22,008 nucleotides of DNA from a virus. The notes under the pieces are model-generated. The model saw nothing but the letters and a program-made list of their open reading frames with translations, was not told the origin of the DNA and made no database searches. Made by a program: the position numbers and the translations under genes. Positions 1 to 8,859 of the stretch are shown here, one piece after another; the stretch's first letter is position 1, and each line of letters begins with the position of its first letter. The stretch lies in the UHGV virus genome UHGV-1547525; one strand, written 5' to 3'.

Positions 1-317
1 CGCCGGACCACCGTTCCGCCGACCAGACTCTGCAGATCTTCCGCCATCCCGGTGATCATGCCGTGCAGGTTAGAGACCGTCAGTGTCGGACGGGCAGCAC
101 TGCCCTTGCCGTTCATCTCAAATCCACTCCCCTGAATGGGATAGGCCTGATACTGCCGACTCTGCCAGGTGACAGACTCACCTTTTTCGTTCTGCTCATT
201 ACAGAAAAAGTAGCGATCCCCGCCTACCTCGGTCAGGTCGATTTCCCAGAGCACCACGCTGGCCGACTGCTCCGCACGAATGCATTCATTCAGCGTTTCC
301 TGTTGTATGTCCTGCAT
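1..317 (-). CDS. L: Minor tail protein L (lambda gpL family), N-terminal part; gene runs off the window start
   Basis: Minus-strand translation from ATG at 317 reads MQDIQQETLNECIRAEQSASVVLWEIDLTEVGGDRYFFCNEQNEKGESVTWQSRQYQAYPIQGSGFEMNGKG..., which closely matches the lambda gpL N-terminus as I recall it. The start overlaps the upstream stop (TGATG). The ORF is open to position 1. Confidence 0.85.
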   Translation of the reverse strand, partial: MQDIQQETLNECIRAEQSASVVLWEIDLTEVGGDRYFFCNEQNEKGESVTWQSRQYQAYPIQGSGFEMNGKGSAARPTLTVSNLHGMITGMAEDLQSLVGGTVVR

Positions 318-613
318 CAGATCACCACTTCGTCAAACTGACACGAAAAATCGGTATAGGTGATATGTTCTGTCGCTGACCACGTTCGACACACCACTCT
401 GATTTTTCTGTTAATACCCGGCGGGCGCCAAAAAAAAGATTTATAGCCTTCATGCCGGGCTAAAAATTTTTCAAATGAATCACGTTCATTCGCCTCAACT
501 TTGAAATCACAGGTGAAAACGCGCAGAGAATGATTAAGTCCATTTGGACTTCGTTGCTCATAACCATCGCCAAATCTTACAGTTTTTATCGATGGTTTAT
601 TTTCTGTTTTCAT
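317..613 (-). CDS. M: Minor tail protein M (lambda gpM family)
   Basis: ORF starting MKTENKPSIKTVRFGDGYEQRSPNGL... and ending FDEVVI, similar in length and motifs to lambda gpM (MKT..., VRFGDGY). ATG at 613 is preceded by GAGGA; a longer GTG-initiated form from 655 (ORF track 317..655) is possible. Lies between tape measure and L as in lambda. Confidence 0.8.
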   Translation of the reverse strand: MKTENKPSIKTVRFGDGYEQRSPNGLNHSLRVFTCDFKVEANERDSFEKFLARHEGYKSFFWRPPGINRKIRVVCRTWSATEHITYTDFSCQFDEVVI

Positions 614-647
614 TCCATCCTCTGGTAACCAGTGAAATTCTTCCGTA

Positions 648-3600
648 TTAGCCACTTAATATTCCCCCATCACGTCGCATATTTAACAGATTGCCCTGCA
701 CCCGCTGATCAACCATCCCCATAAGTGCTTTTATTGCCTGAGGGCCAATCTCTCCATTCTGGCCGTCATTTTGAATAGTGATTTGGTATACAGGGGCATA
801 GGTAATATCTCCGCCTCCATTACCACTTTTACTATTAATAGCTCTGACACCAAGAGAACCATCGGAAGTTCGTGTTAATGGCATAATGGCTTCCGGTCCA
901 GCCTCACCAAAAACACCAGCCCCTTTTGCAAAAGCAAAAAATTGCGGGGAATCATAAATACCGTTCGAATACGTGCTCAATGACGGAGACTCATAAACAC
1001 CGCCCTTTGCATTCGGAATAAATTTACTAATAGCACTCCCGATAGTTCCTAAAATCCCCCCAGAAGAACTGTTACTAATGCTGTCGAAAATCCCAGTAAT
1101 TGAAGCCTTTAATGCCATTCGACTAAGATCCGAAATCACGGAAGTAGCGAAAGAACGAAAATTTACCTTGCCTGTCGTGACAAAATCACCCAGCGCATCG
1201 GTCATCCCATCAAACATCTGAGTCGTGGTTGATTTTATCTGCTCACTGATATCCTTAGTGTCATCCAGCCAGTTATTGAATCCCTGGGAGGCACCACTAA
1301 CCCAGTCTCCTGCCTGAATATCGAGCTGCTCGTTTTTCTGTCTGACAATTTCTTTTTCCCGTTCCAGAGCATCATTCAGAGCCTGCATTTTCTCTTGAAA
1401 AACATGATCTGACATTCCACGGGATTTATCTGCATAGTCACGTTCAAGTTGCAGACGCTGATTGTTATATCCATGTTCAATCCGCAGTAATTCCTGCTGG
1501 CGTTGCTGATTTTTATCGCCAACCCCATAACCAGCAATCTGAATATCATACCCCTGCTGACGATTATCAATCGAAGCCTGCAATGAATCACGCCATGCTG
1601 TTATTTCGGCGGATTCCTTGATTAGCCTGTTATTCTTTTCAATCGCAACATTTTTCTCCATCAACGCGGTTATTTCTTCCCGGTGTAAGAGAAGCGATTT
1701 CTGATCCTGGGTTAATTTCGATGATGGTCGTGACTCTAGGTCGGCAATCCGCTGACGCCACTTAACCAGTTCCTGTTCAGAGGAACTTAATTTAACGGTC
1801 AACTCAGCTTGTGAACTTAGTAACGCATTCTGTTGATTCAGATGATCAATCATTCGTTGGGCTGCATCATCAGAATAACCTTTCGCCTTTGGTTGCTTTG
1901 GATCTTTATAACGCTCATTTATTTGAGCGATAAGATTATTATATTCTTCCTTTGAATACTGATTCTTTAGCTTTTCCAGTTTTGCAAGTTCACTAGCTCT
2001 CTGCTGCTCCCGGGTCTGATATTGTTTTGAAAAGGCATCTGCTCTCTGTCTGAGTTCAATTCCTTCCTGTTGTCGCTTGTTGTAATCGTTTATTGATGAA
2101 TTTAGTACGTCCTGAGCAATTTTTTCTGCTTGAAGTACGCCCAATTGCTGCTTTAATCGTGCCAGCCTTTTATTTTGAGCTCCGCCATCTCCAATGCCAC
2201 CTAACCCGAAAACTCCGGGTCGGGTATTTTTTTCTATTTCATCAATTTGACGGAGAACATCTGAGATTTTTTGATCAAGGGAGGCCTCACGGCCAATATC
2301 CAGCATGGAATCCCATGCCCATTTTGCGGAGTCTGCGACAGCTTTCCATGCAGTCTCAAGATAACCAAGATTTTCTTTAATCTGGTTGGTGCGCTGGATC
2401 ATTGAGGATGAGTATTCTTCTGTCGCAATGCGGGCGGCCTCCTGCTGGTTCCCTTCATCCTGTAGTGCCTTAATCTGGTTATAAGTCGCAAGTGTCAGAA
2501 AATGGTACTGATCATTAAGTTTTGATATGGCACTGACAGGATCCTTTGCAATTTCATTGAAGTCATTAACCAGTTGTTCGGTTGATATTCCTGTTACTTC
2601 GCTCGTTTTTACTATCGCTGTCGTCACTTGCTCCAGCGAACTGCTCGCTACCTTTCCCGAACGCACAAGCTGATTTAATACTGCCGCCGCAGCACCAGTT
2701 GTCGAATCAGCCGCATTCCCGGCACGTTGAGCTATATCGCCCAATTGCCCGCTGGTTGTCCCCAACTGATTTCCGGTAAGAATAAGAGATTTATTAAATT
2801 CGTCCTGCTCCTGAGAGCCTTTATAGTAAGCCAGTCCTAAGACCCCAACGGCTGCTGCGGCCAGGGTAAAAGGATTAATTAATCCCAGCACATAAGAACC
2901 TACACCTTTGATCGCCGGGCCAATCCCACCGAACATATCTTTTAGCTGGCCGCCCTGCTGCATTAACACCATAAATGGCGACTGACCAGTGGACAACCCA
3001 ACAACAATATCCGTCATTTGTGCAGGCAACATGCGCATAGCAAAAGCCGTTTGTTTTGCCGACATTCCGGTTTTGCTTAATTGTGATTGAGTAACCTCAA
3101 GCTCACTCCGCATAGCACGAAGTTTTCCAGAAAGCTCCTCATACATTTCAGGAGAAAGCATCCCCTTAGCTTTTGCTTCATTGAGCTGTTTCTGTTGTTC
3201 TACCAGACGATTAAAAGCAGTTCCGACAGGATCAAGTTGAGCAATCAGACGTTGCAAAGCAACAACCTGTTCATCATGCGCTTTTGCTGCTTCTCGCTCT
3301 GCCTGAGCCTCTCCGGTAAGCTCTCGCCGTGTTTCCTGTATTTTTCGGCTATAATTCTCAAACTGAGAACCATTTATTTTCCCGGATGCAAACGCAGCAT
3401 TAAGTTCATCATGCTGTTGTTCAAGATTTCTTAGCGCCGCAGCCAGAGGGTCGATCTTGTCCAGCATTCTTTGAAAGGCCTGAGCCTGCGCTTCCTGCTG
3501 GGCGGCAGCAAGTTTTCCGGCCTTCTCGGCTTCTCTCTGCGCTTGCGCAACCCCGCTCAATTCCTCTGTGGTTTCATTAAGTTTACGGACAAGAAATTCA

Positions 3601-3881
3601 TATTCTTCTTTATCAATAAGCCCTTTATCGAAAAATTTCTTTAATTCAGAATAGCGTCGACCGACAGTATCAATTGCGGCACCAACTGGATCAATAGCTG
3701 CTTTTAATTTTGCGAGCGCGTTCTTCTCATCTTCTGTTGCCTTAGTCACTTTCCCTGCGCTATTTGCAGCAGTTTCCCCAGCCTGCGTCATTTTGACTAA
3801 TGAGGAGGTCAGATTGTCAGCATTATTTTTCGCTCCAGTGCTATCAATAATTATTGCGAGACGCGAGGTTTGCTCTGCCAT
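648..3881 (-). CDS. H: Tail tape measure protein (lambda gpH family)
   Basis: 1077-aa ORF. Internal [41 protein letters not shown] and C-terminal [13 protein letters not shown]...RRDGGILSG follow the lambda gpH pattern as I recall it. Long coiled-coil-rich body; lies directly upstream of M and L. Confidence 0.9.
3072..3695 (-). repeat. Three tandem ~55-80-residue protein repeats in the tape-measure N-terminal region
   Basis: Tape-measure residues ~63-270 contain three units sharing [IL]DP[VL]..A...L......L...F..G.I....Y......K...T..EL.G.AQA.REA.KA ([11 protein letters not shown]..., [11 protein letters not shown]..., [11 protein letters not shown]...). Confidence 0.5.
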
Positions 3882-3892
3882 TTATTAAAACT

Positions 3893-3923
3893 CCAGACAA
3901 CAAAAAGCCCACCGAAGTGGGTT
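3893..3923 (-). terminator. Intrinsic-terminator-like hairpin in the G-T/H intergenic spacer
   Basis: Minus strand AACCCAC-UUCG-GUGGGCU followed by UUUUUGUUGUCUGG; stem about 5 bp with one mismatch, so moderate. Confidence 0.35.
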
Positions 3924-4044
3924 TCAGGCGACATAATAGTAGATATAGCGATTACGAGGCCACGCAATGCTTTTCTCCAGGAGCATCATCGATTTAATTA
4001 AAGACACCATCACATCTCTGTAACAGAGTGTACGTAATTAACAA

Positions 4045-4365
4045 CTACACACACTGCTCCTGAAAATACTGGTCATCCAGTGCAAAGATCACTGCTTCAA
4101 ATTCATCGCGCTCAATCAATACCGGATGAGTGGCTAAATATTCATTTATCTCTGTCAGAGATAAAGGCAAAGGCACCCCAGCCATTCCAGCATAACGTCG
4201 GGCACGGGATATTACCGAATAGGCGTACAACAACTCCTTAAGCACCGGGTCTATTTCTGGTTCCGGTATCGGTGGCAACCTGAGTTTTTCTCGCTTCCAT
4301 CTTGCCTTTTCCCCCCTTTCTCCCCCGAACTCCGATAACCACCGCTGGGCAGCTATGGCTTTTTT
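4045..4365 (-). CDS. T-like extension of the tail assembly chaperone, expressed as a G-T fusion by -1 frameshift
   Basis: The -1 frame is open without stops from the slippery site at 4359-4365 to a TAG at 4045-4047 (...KKAIAAQRWLSEFGGERGEKARWKREKLRLPPIPEPEIDPVLKELL...). The ORF track shows only the TTG-initiated 77-aa part (4045..4278). Position immediately before the tape measure matches the conserved G/G-T arrangement. Confidence 0.7.
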   Translation of the reverse strand, partial: KKAIAAQRWLSEFGGERGEKARWKREKLRLPPIPEPEIDPVLKELLYAYSVISRARRYAGMAGVPLPLSLTEINEYLATHPVLIERDEFEAVIFALDDQYFQEQCV

Positions 4366-4814
4366 ATCGTATCCTGCTTCTGCTGCTCTTTACCCTGGGC
4401 GATGCTGGCTGCTTCTGCAAGGATCTGCCAGTACAACTCTGGATTCTGCTTAAGCAGCGCGATCCCTCGTTCTGCCGTATATTCCAGTGCAACCTCAACA
4501 CCATTAACCAGTTCACCAACCCCTTTCCAGTCTTTCAGCAGATAACGAGCGGCATTATCAATGAGTAAATCATCAACAGAATCCACCTCGGAAACCTTTG
4601 AAATATCAAACTCCTTCGTTCCGACGTGCAAACTGGCATCCATTTTCTCAATGTGGCGACGGATTAATGCATTACGGGAGCGATACTGATCGTTATCGCT
4701 GCTTGCCACCAACAGTTTTAACCCGTCTACAGGTTTTAAGTCCTTCATTGGCGTAAACCAGCGTTCTCCACCAATGATAATTTTCTGATTAAGAATAAAC
4801 ATCCATAACCTCAT
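4353..4814 (-). CDS. Tail assembly chaperone (gpG-like)
   Basis: 153-aa acidic ORF ending ...DTIKKP* with the slippery heptamer in its last codons. ATG at 4814, or ATG at 4802 which has a better GAGG Shine-Dalgarno. Sits between the major tail protein and the tape measure. Confidence 0.75.
   Translation of the reverse strand: MRLWMFILNQKIIIGGERWFTPMKDLKPVDGLKLLVASSDNDQYRSRNALIRRHIEKMDASLHVGTKEFDISKVSEVDSVDDLLIDNAARYLLKDWKGVGELVNGVEVALEYTAERGIALLKQNPELYWQILAEAASIAQGKEQQKQDTIKKP
4359..4365 (-). promoter_or_regulatory. -1 programmed ribosomal frameshift slippery heptamer A-AAA-AAG
   Basis: Minus-strand sequence GAT ACG ATA AAA AAG CCA TAG: an X-XXY-YYZ heptamer two codons before the G stop, with the -1 frame continuing open into the T region. 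Confidence 0.7.
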
Positions 4815-4894
4815 TCAATGCGTCCCCCTGTAGGGCAGTACCACAGGAGGAATAACGGAAAATCAACTAATCGCCTCAGCACTGGCTTTTGCGA

Positions 4895-5824
4895 TCACGG
4901 CAGCCGGGGAATTTTTTTTCTGGTTATCGTAGGTGCTTCATCTGCTGCGGTAATGCTCAATTGAACCTGGATAATGTCGCTATTACCCCCATCAGGCCAT
5001 TCACCTGACACCTGAACCTTCGGGAAACTGAAAGTGTATGCCCCCTCTCCATTCGAAAGCGTGAAGCTGAACGGAACTGTTTCTCCAGTCAGTGTTTTAC
5101 TCCAGATTTCCCACGCGGCTTTAGACCATGAAAGCGTCACCGTACCGGACGGTGTAAAAGTAGTCGGAATATTTGCTCCTGCATAAGGCGAGCCAGTCCC
5201 GATACAACGCTGTGTCTGGAGTTTGTTATCGAACTGAATATCAAAACTGTCGATACAAAAACCGTTACCTCCGGCAACACCATTCAGGCTTACTGCTGAA
5301 ACCTCCTTAAACGAATAACGTAGCTTTCCTGCACTATCCACAGGTTCGCCTTTGATAAAATTCGTATCATCGGCCTTTGATTCCCAGTCCAGTCCGGCAA
5401 AGGTTACGGTCGCTGTAATATCGCCGTCGTTAGGGATCTGCATTTTCCATGAGCCAACCTGCGCTCCTCTGACGACAGAGGCAATTCCGACATCGGACGC
5501 ATAGGTCGCCAGAGAAAATGTTATTCGCTCATTCCCCATTGTCAGAGAATCGCCTGACCATTCCGCGCCGAAACAGGATGCAAGAAAATCATCATGTTGA
5601 CCCCAGCGAAATTTGGTACCAACATCACCGCCGACATCCACAGTGCCAGGCGTCGCCCCCTGAGCCATCCGGGAGCCACCAATCTCATTATTTTCGCCTT
5701 TATTCTGGGTGGGTTTTACTCCCCAGCTTGTGCGTTTTAATAAACTCCAGTCACCACTTGCTGGCGTAGTGCCTGCAACCGTCTCCCGGATAAATGCCGA
5801 GATAACCTTTGCACCTGAACTCAC
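4895..5824 (-). CDS. Major tail (tube) protein, putative
   Basis: 309-aa ORF, GTG start at 5824 preceded by AGGAGG at 5-6 nt spacing. Gly/Thr/Ser-rich composition. Assigned by synteny (immediately upstream of the G/G-T chaperone genes); not lambda gpV-like in sequence. Confidence 0.6.
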   Translation of the reverse strand: MSSGAKVISAFIRETVAGTTPASGDWSLLKRTSWGVKPTQNKGENNEIGGSRMAQGATPGTVDVGGDVGTKFRWGQHDDFLASCFGAEWSGDSLTMGNERITFSLATYASDVGIASVVRGAQVGSWKMQIPNDGDITATVTFAGLDWESKADDTNFIKGEPVDSAGKLRYSFKEVSAVSLNGVAGGNGFCIDSFDIQFDNKLQTQRCIGTGSPYAGANIPTTFTPSGTVTLSWSKAAWEIWSKTLTGETVPFSFTLSNGEGAYTFSFPKVQVSGEWPDGGNSDIIQVQLSITAADEAPTITRKKIPRLP

Positions 5825-5850
5825 AGGAGCCTCCTATGTCATTAATTGCG

Positions 5851-6243
5851 CTAGAGCGCGCGATATGGAATTTGAAGATTAAGCTGGAACCAGCCATTCT
5901 TTTCGCCAACGGCTATTGAGGAAACAGCCTGGTAACTGAGACGATCGTCATCCTGAAACTCAAACAGTTCCCGCAATTTATCGGCTGTCTCAGTAATGAG
6001 TTTTGAACCAGAACCTGCGGGGACAAATAACTGAATAATGATTATCCCCGTGCGATAAACAACCGGCCCCGCGCCAATTTCATTAACTCCAGCCTGCCCG
6101 GGAATATTACTTAACCGCGCCCAGATTAACTTACCGGAAGGATCGAACGTTGGCGCGTTCGGATACAATACGTCTTTTCCATCAATAATCGTCTGTGCCG
6201 TCATTCTGGAAATAACCGTATTTCTGATTTCAGTAAACGTCAT
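5851..6243 (-). CDS. Tail terminator/completion protein, putative (by position)
   Basis: 130-aa ORF. Its ATG overlaps the stop of the upstream gene (ATGA coupling). Lies between the head-tail joining genes and the major tail protein. Confidence 0.4.
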   Translation of the reverse strand: MTFTEIRNTVISRMTAQTIIDGKDVLYPNAPTFDPSGKLIWARLSNIPGQAGVNEIGAGPVVYRTGIIIIQLFVPAGSGSKLITETADKLRELFEFQDDDRLSYQAVSSIAVGEKNGWFQLNLQIPYRAL

Positions 6244-6620
6244 TTGTAAGCCTGTAAAACACCATGAAAAGCGTTGGCATACACGCCAGTTGGCGCTTGT
6301 TGTGAATGACCGTTTTCAAGAGCCTCTGCATAAGGAAGGTTATTCTGGATATAAATAACTCCGTAATTTGCAGCTTTCGAAATAACCCCGATCCCACGCT
6401 GAACAGCAATCGTACCGTTCGGATCCACGTTATCAGATATACCAAAATCGGGATGCTGTAACGACACCAGGTTGTTATTTCTGAAACGTCCGGTATCAAC
6501 CGGAGCAGCAATATCAATAGCAGTAAGAATCTGAATAGCGATGTAGCGAATCTTCAGCCCTACATCTTCCTCAATCATCCCGGCAAATATTGACGGTTCT
6601 ATATCCCATGCCTTTGCCAT
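6240..6620 (-). CDS. Head-tail joining / tail component protein (HK97 gp10-like, tentative)
   Basis: 126-aa ORF in the head-tail connector block, directly abutting the neighbouring genes. The family call rests on size and position only. Confidence 0.4.
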   Translation of the reverse strand: MAKAWDIEPSIFAGMIEEDVGLKIRYIAIQILTAIDIAAPVDTGRFRNNNLVSLQHPDFGISDNVDPNGTIAVQRGIGVISKAANYGVIYIQNNLPYAEALENGHSQQAPTGVYANAFHGVLQAYK

Positions 6621-7004
6621 TTACGCTCTCCTTAACTGGATAGAGTAAACTGATGCGGAAGGATCTACACTTGCTGTAATTACCTCGTATCGTTGTAACT
6701 GCCTTGATACAGGATCATAAATCTCAATAATATGGTCGACAGCTGGTTTATCCGTAACCTCGCATACCAGAGCGGTTAATTTAAGGTCACCATGCAAAAT
6801 ATTAATCCCATCAATTCTGCCCAGCTTATAACGTGTCAACACGCCTCGCCCGGTATAGATTGCGGTGGATTCGCCGCCAGTTTCCGTCACAGGATCCCAG
6901 TGCCGGTGCGTAACGTAAGAACCAGAAAAATCACTCACGGCGTCCGCTAAATCCTCATCAAAAGCAGCGGCAACCTCTGACTGAATCTCTTCACGAAGCC
7001 CCAT
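6621..7004 (-). CDS. Head-tail adaptor / head closure protein, putative
   Basis: 127-aa ORF; its ATG at 7004 overlaps the upstream stop (ATGA). Position between capsid and tail genes. Confidence 0.4.
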   Translation of the reverse strand: MGLREEIQSEVAAAFDEDLADAVSDFSGSYVTHRHWDPVTETGGESTAIYTGRGVLTRYKLGRIDGINILHGDLKLTALVCEVTDKPAVDHIIEIYDPVSRQLQRYEVITASVDPSASVYSIQLRRA

Positions 7005-7399
7005 TATCCCCCCCTCACAACCCTGACTTGTGAGCGACTAAGTCCGTACGGTTTCAGCAGTGCTATCGCAAGCTGTAAATCGGGTTCAAGCAATGCAGTG
7101 CTGTTTGCTGGCAACTCAGAAAATGATTTCGATACACTGACCCCGTCAGCCGACACGGCTTTACTGATAACAACGCCAGAATCATTTTTCTGCTGAAACA
7201 ACTTACCGAATGAGGCAATTCTGGCTGCATATGCTCCCGCAAGTTTTACCTCTTCCGGAATACGGGATGGGTTAATTTTCAGGTTGAAGCCATTAAGCCA
7301 GGCATTAGCCATTAAAACAGCTTTATTTTTAGCGTTCTCACTCGTCCAGGCGTTCCCAAACGCATTATCAACGTCATCACAGGTCACGTAAGTGATCAT
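7004..7399 (-). CDS. Head-tail connector / DNA-packaging (gp6-like) protein, putative
   Basis: 131-aa ORF with ATG at 7399 preceded by AGGAG. Position just downstream of the major capsid gene. Confidence 0.4.
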   Translation of the reverse strand: MITYVTCDDVDNAFGNAWTSENAKNKAVLMANAWLNGFNLKINPSRIPEEVKLAGAYAARIASFGKLFQQKNDSGVVISKAVSADGVSVSKSFSELPANSTALLEPDLQLAIALLKPYGLSRSQVRVVRGG

Positions 7400-7402
7400 G
7401 TG

Positions 7403-7579
7403 TTACTCCTGAGTTTTCCAGCCCATAGCCTTCCAGTTGTCAACTTCATCAGGATGAACATTAGCGATAGTTGGTGCGCCGGGAAACATCTGATAATCGG
7501 TCACCATAACCACTAACTCAATTTGCGTTTTTTGTGCGGCTTCACGCTGTGCTCTTTGCTCTTTAGTTAATCCGGCCAT
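7403..7579 (-). CDS. Small hypothetical protein (58 aa), translationally coupled to the downstream connector gene
   Basis: Not in the ORF track. ATG at 7579 preceded by GGGGGG; translation MAGLTKEQRAQREAAQKTQIELVVMVTDYQMFPGAPTIANVHPDEVDNWKAMGWKTQE. Its TAA at 7403-7405 is followed by CAC and the ATG of the next gene, with AGGAG embedded in its last codons. Confidence 0.35.
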   Translation of the reverse strand: MAGLTKEQRAQREAAQKTQIELVVMVTDYQMFPGAPTIANVHPDEVDNWKAMGWKTQE

Positions 7580-7589
7580 ATGCCCCCCA

Positions 7590-7612
7590 TTAAAAATGGG
7601 GCCGAAGCCCCG
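7590..7612 (-). terminator. C(UUCG)G tetraloop hairpin with weak U-tract after the major capsid gene
   Basis: Minus strand GGGGC-UUCG-GCCCC followed by AUUUUUAAU, 10 nt after the capsid stop. Confidence 0.4.
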
Positions 7613-7621
7613 TTTGAATGT

Positions 7622-8761
7622 TTAACCAAGAATCAGACAACCATGTGCCGGCTTCACTGATGAAACACCCCATGCCAGTCCAACTTCATAGCGCACCTGG
7701 CGATACTGACGATACAGTGCAATCTGGAACGTAATCCCTGAAATCGGGTCCGTAACATTCATTACATCATCAGCATTATCGCCACCTTCCGGCATTGCCG
7801 GAGTACGGGATGCCAGCAGAAACGCGTTGCGATCAAACGCCATATTTGCCGTAAAGGCCCCAACAACTGTGATGGCAGTATCATCGGCCAGATCCTGACG
7901 CAGTCCGGGCGCTGCAAGAGTAATCAGATTGCTGGTCGCTGCTGCCACAACATACTGATTCGGATCACCAGCGAACGTAACAATCTGACCTGCAGAAATA
8001 CTCCCCGAACCAGTATCAATGGAAATAAGAACATCGCCTTCTTTTTTCTCTCCATTCACGAGATAACCAGTTGCAGCAACCTTTGGCGCTCGTTTCACAC
8101 CTGCCGAACTGTGAATATTGAATCCCTCCAGACGCCCCAACACGCCCTCACGCAGTAGCTGTTCAGTGCCGGATTCATTCACTTTAAACAATACAGACTG
8201 TTTTCCGCGCAAATTAGCAATGGCAGTGGAGCCAAGCACCATCTGCAGATCGGTTGTCGGTGCGCCGTTATCCTCCAGAACCTGACGAGCCAGAGCAGCA
8301 TCAGAAAGATCATCTTTAACACCAAACGGCGTTGTCCCTGCGGTTCCCACGGCGCGGGAAGCACCGAAATACAACGCACCAAGATCAGCCTCAACCTCGT
8401 TTGCAAGGGCGCGAAAAGCCTGCTTGAACTGATCAGCCAGAATGGTGTTGTAAGTCCCTGAAGGGCCAAGAGCCAGTTGTTCTTCACCATTCCATTTAAC
8501 CGGTGCCATTTTGGATTTAGTAATTTTTACATCAACAGTGCCAATATTTTGATCACCGGTATTCGGAGCTGACGGCCCCGGTACGATATCTTCGGTTTTC
8601 GCCTCAGGCGCAACTGGCGCGGTTACCGTCTGATCTTTTGCTGCGGCGTCAGCTTTTGCGTTTTTTGCTACCGCAGGGATAAAACCTACCTGCTCACGGG
8701 ATACAACATCCAGGGCGGTATAAATAGTCGGGATCAACCCGGTCAGGGTATTTCCAGCCAT
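7622..8761 (-). CDS. Major capsid protein
   Basis: 379-aa ORF from ATG at 8761 (AAGGA about 10 nt upstream; the ORF-track start at 8854 is an upstream extension). Ala/Gly/Thr-rich with an acidic/Pro-rich N-proximal segment. Lies after the scaffold gene and before the connector genes. Confidence 0.7.
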   Translation of the reverse strand: MAGNTLTGLIPTIYTALDVVSREQVGFIPAVAKNAKADAAAKDQTVTAPVAPEAKTEDIVPGPSAPNTGDQNIGTVDVKITKSKMAPVKWNGEEQLALGPSGTYNTILADQFKQAFRALANEVEADLGALYFGASRAVGTAGTTPFGVKDDLSDAALARQVLEDNGAPTTDLQMVLGSTAIANLRGKQSVLFKVNESGTEQLLREGVLGRLEGFNIHSSAGVKRAPKVAATGYLVNGEKKEGDVLISIDTGSGSISAGQIVTFAGDPNQYVVAAATSNLITLAAPGLRQDLADDTAITVVGAFTANMAFDRNAFLLASRTPAMPEGGDNADDVMNVTDPISGITFQIALYRQYRQVRYEVGLAWGVSSVKPAHGCLILG

Positions 8762-8859
8762 AATTAAATATTCCTTAAAAATTTGCGTAATTGTGAATAG
8801 ATGGAGTAATGAGCTATCCAGCCCTGACACCAGCTCCCATCCGGAAGCTGACAAATGTG

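Noticed and set aside
63-341. 92-aa plus-strand ORF
   Set aside because: It lies antisense to the gpL coding sequence, whose minus-strand translation is clearly lambda gpL-like. The ORF has no recognisable motif and no ribosome-binding site context.
1376-3434. Several 65-115-aa ORFs (1376..1591, 2093..2380, 2582..2779, 3087..3434) inside the tape measure gene
   Set aside because: All are in alternative frames or antisense within a long, well-supported tape-measure ORF. Their low-complexity translations are typical of out-of-frame reading.
4045-4278. ORF-track entry treating the T region as an independent 77-aa gene with a TTG start
   Set aside because: The frame stays open upstream to the slippery site inside G, so this is better explained as the frameshift extension (G-T) than as a separate gene.
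4302-4568. 88-aa plus-strand ORF across the G/G-T region
   Set aside because: It is antisense to the chaperone genes and crosses the frameshift site; no independent support.
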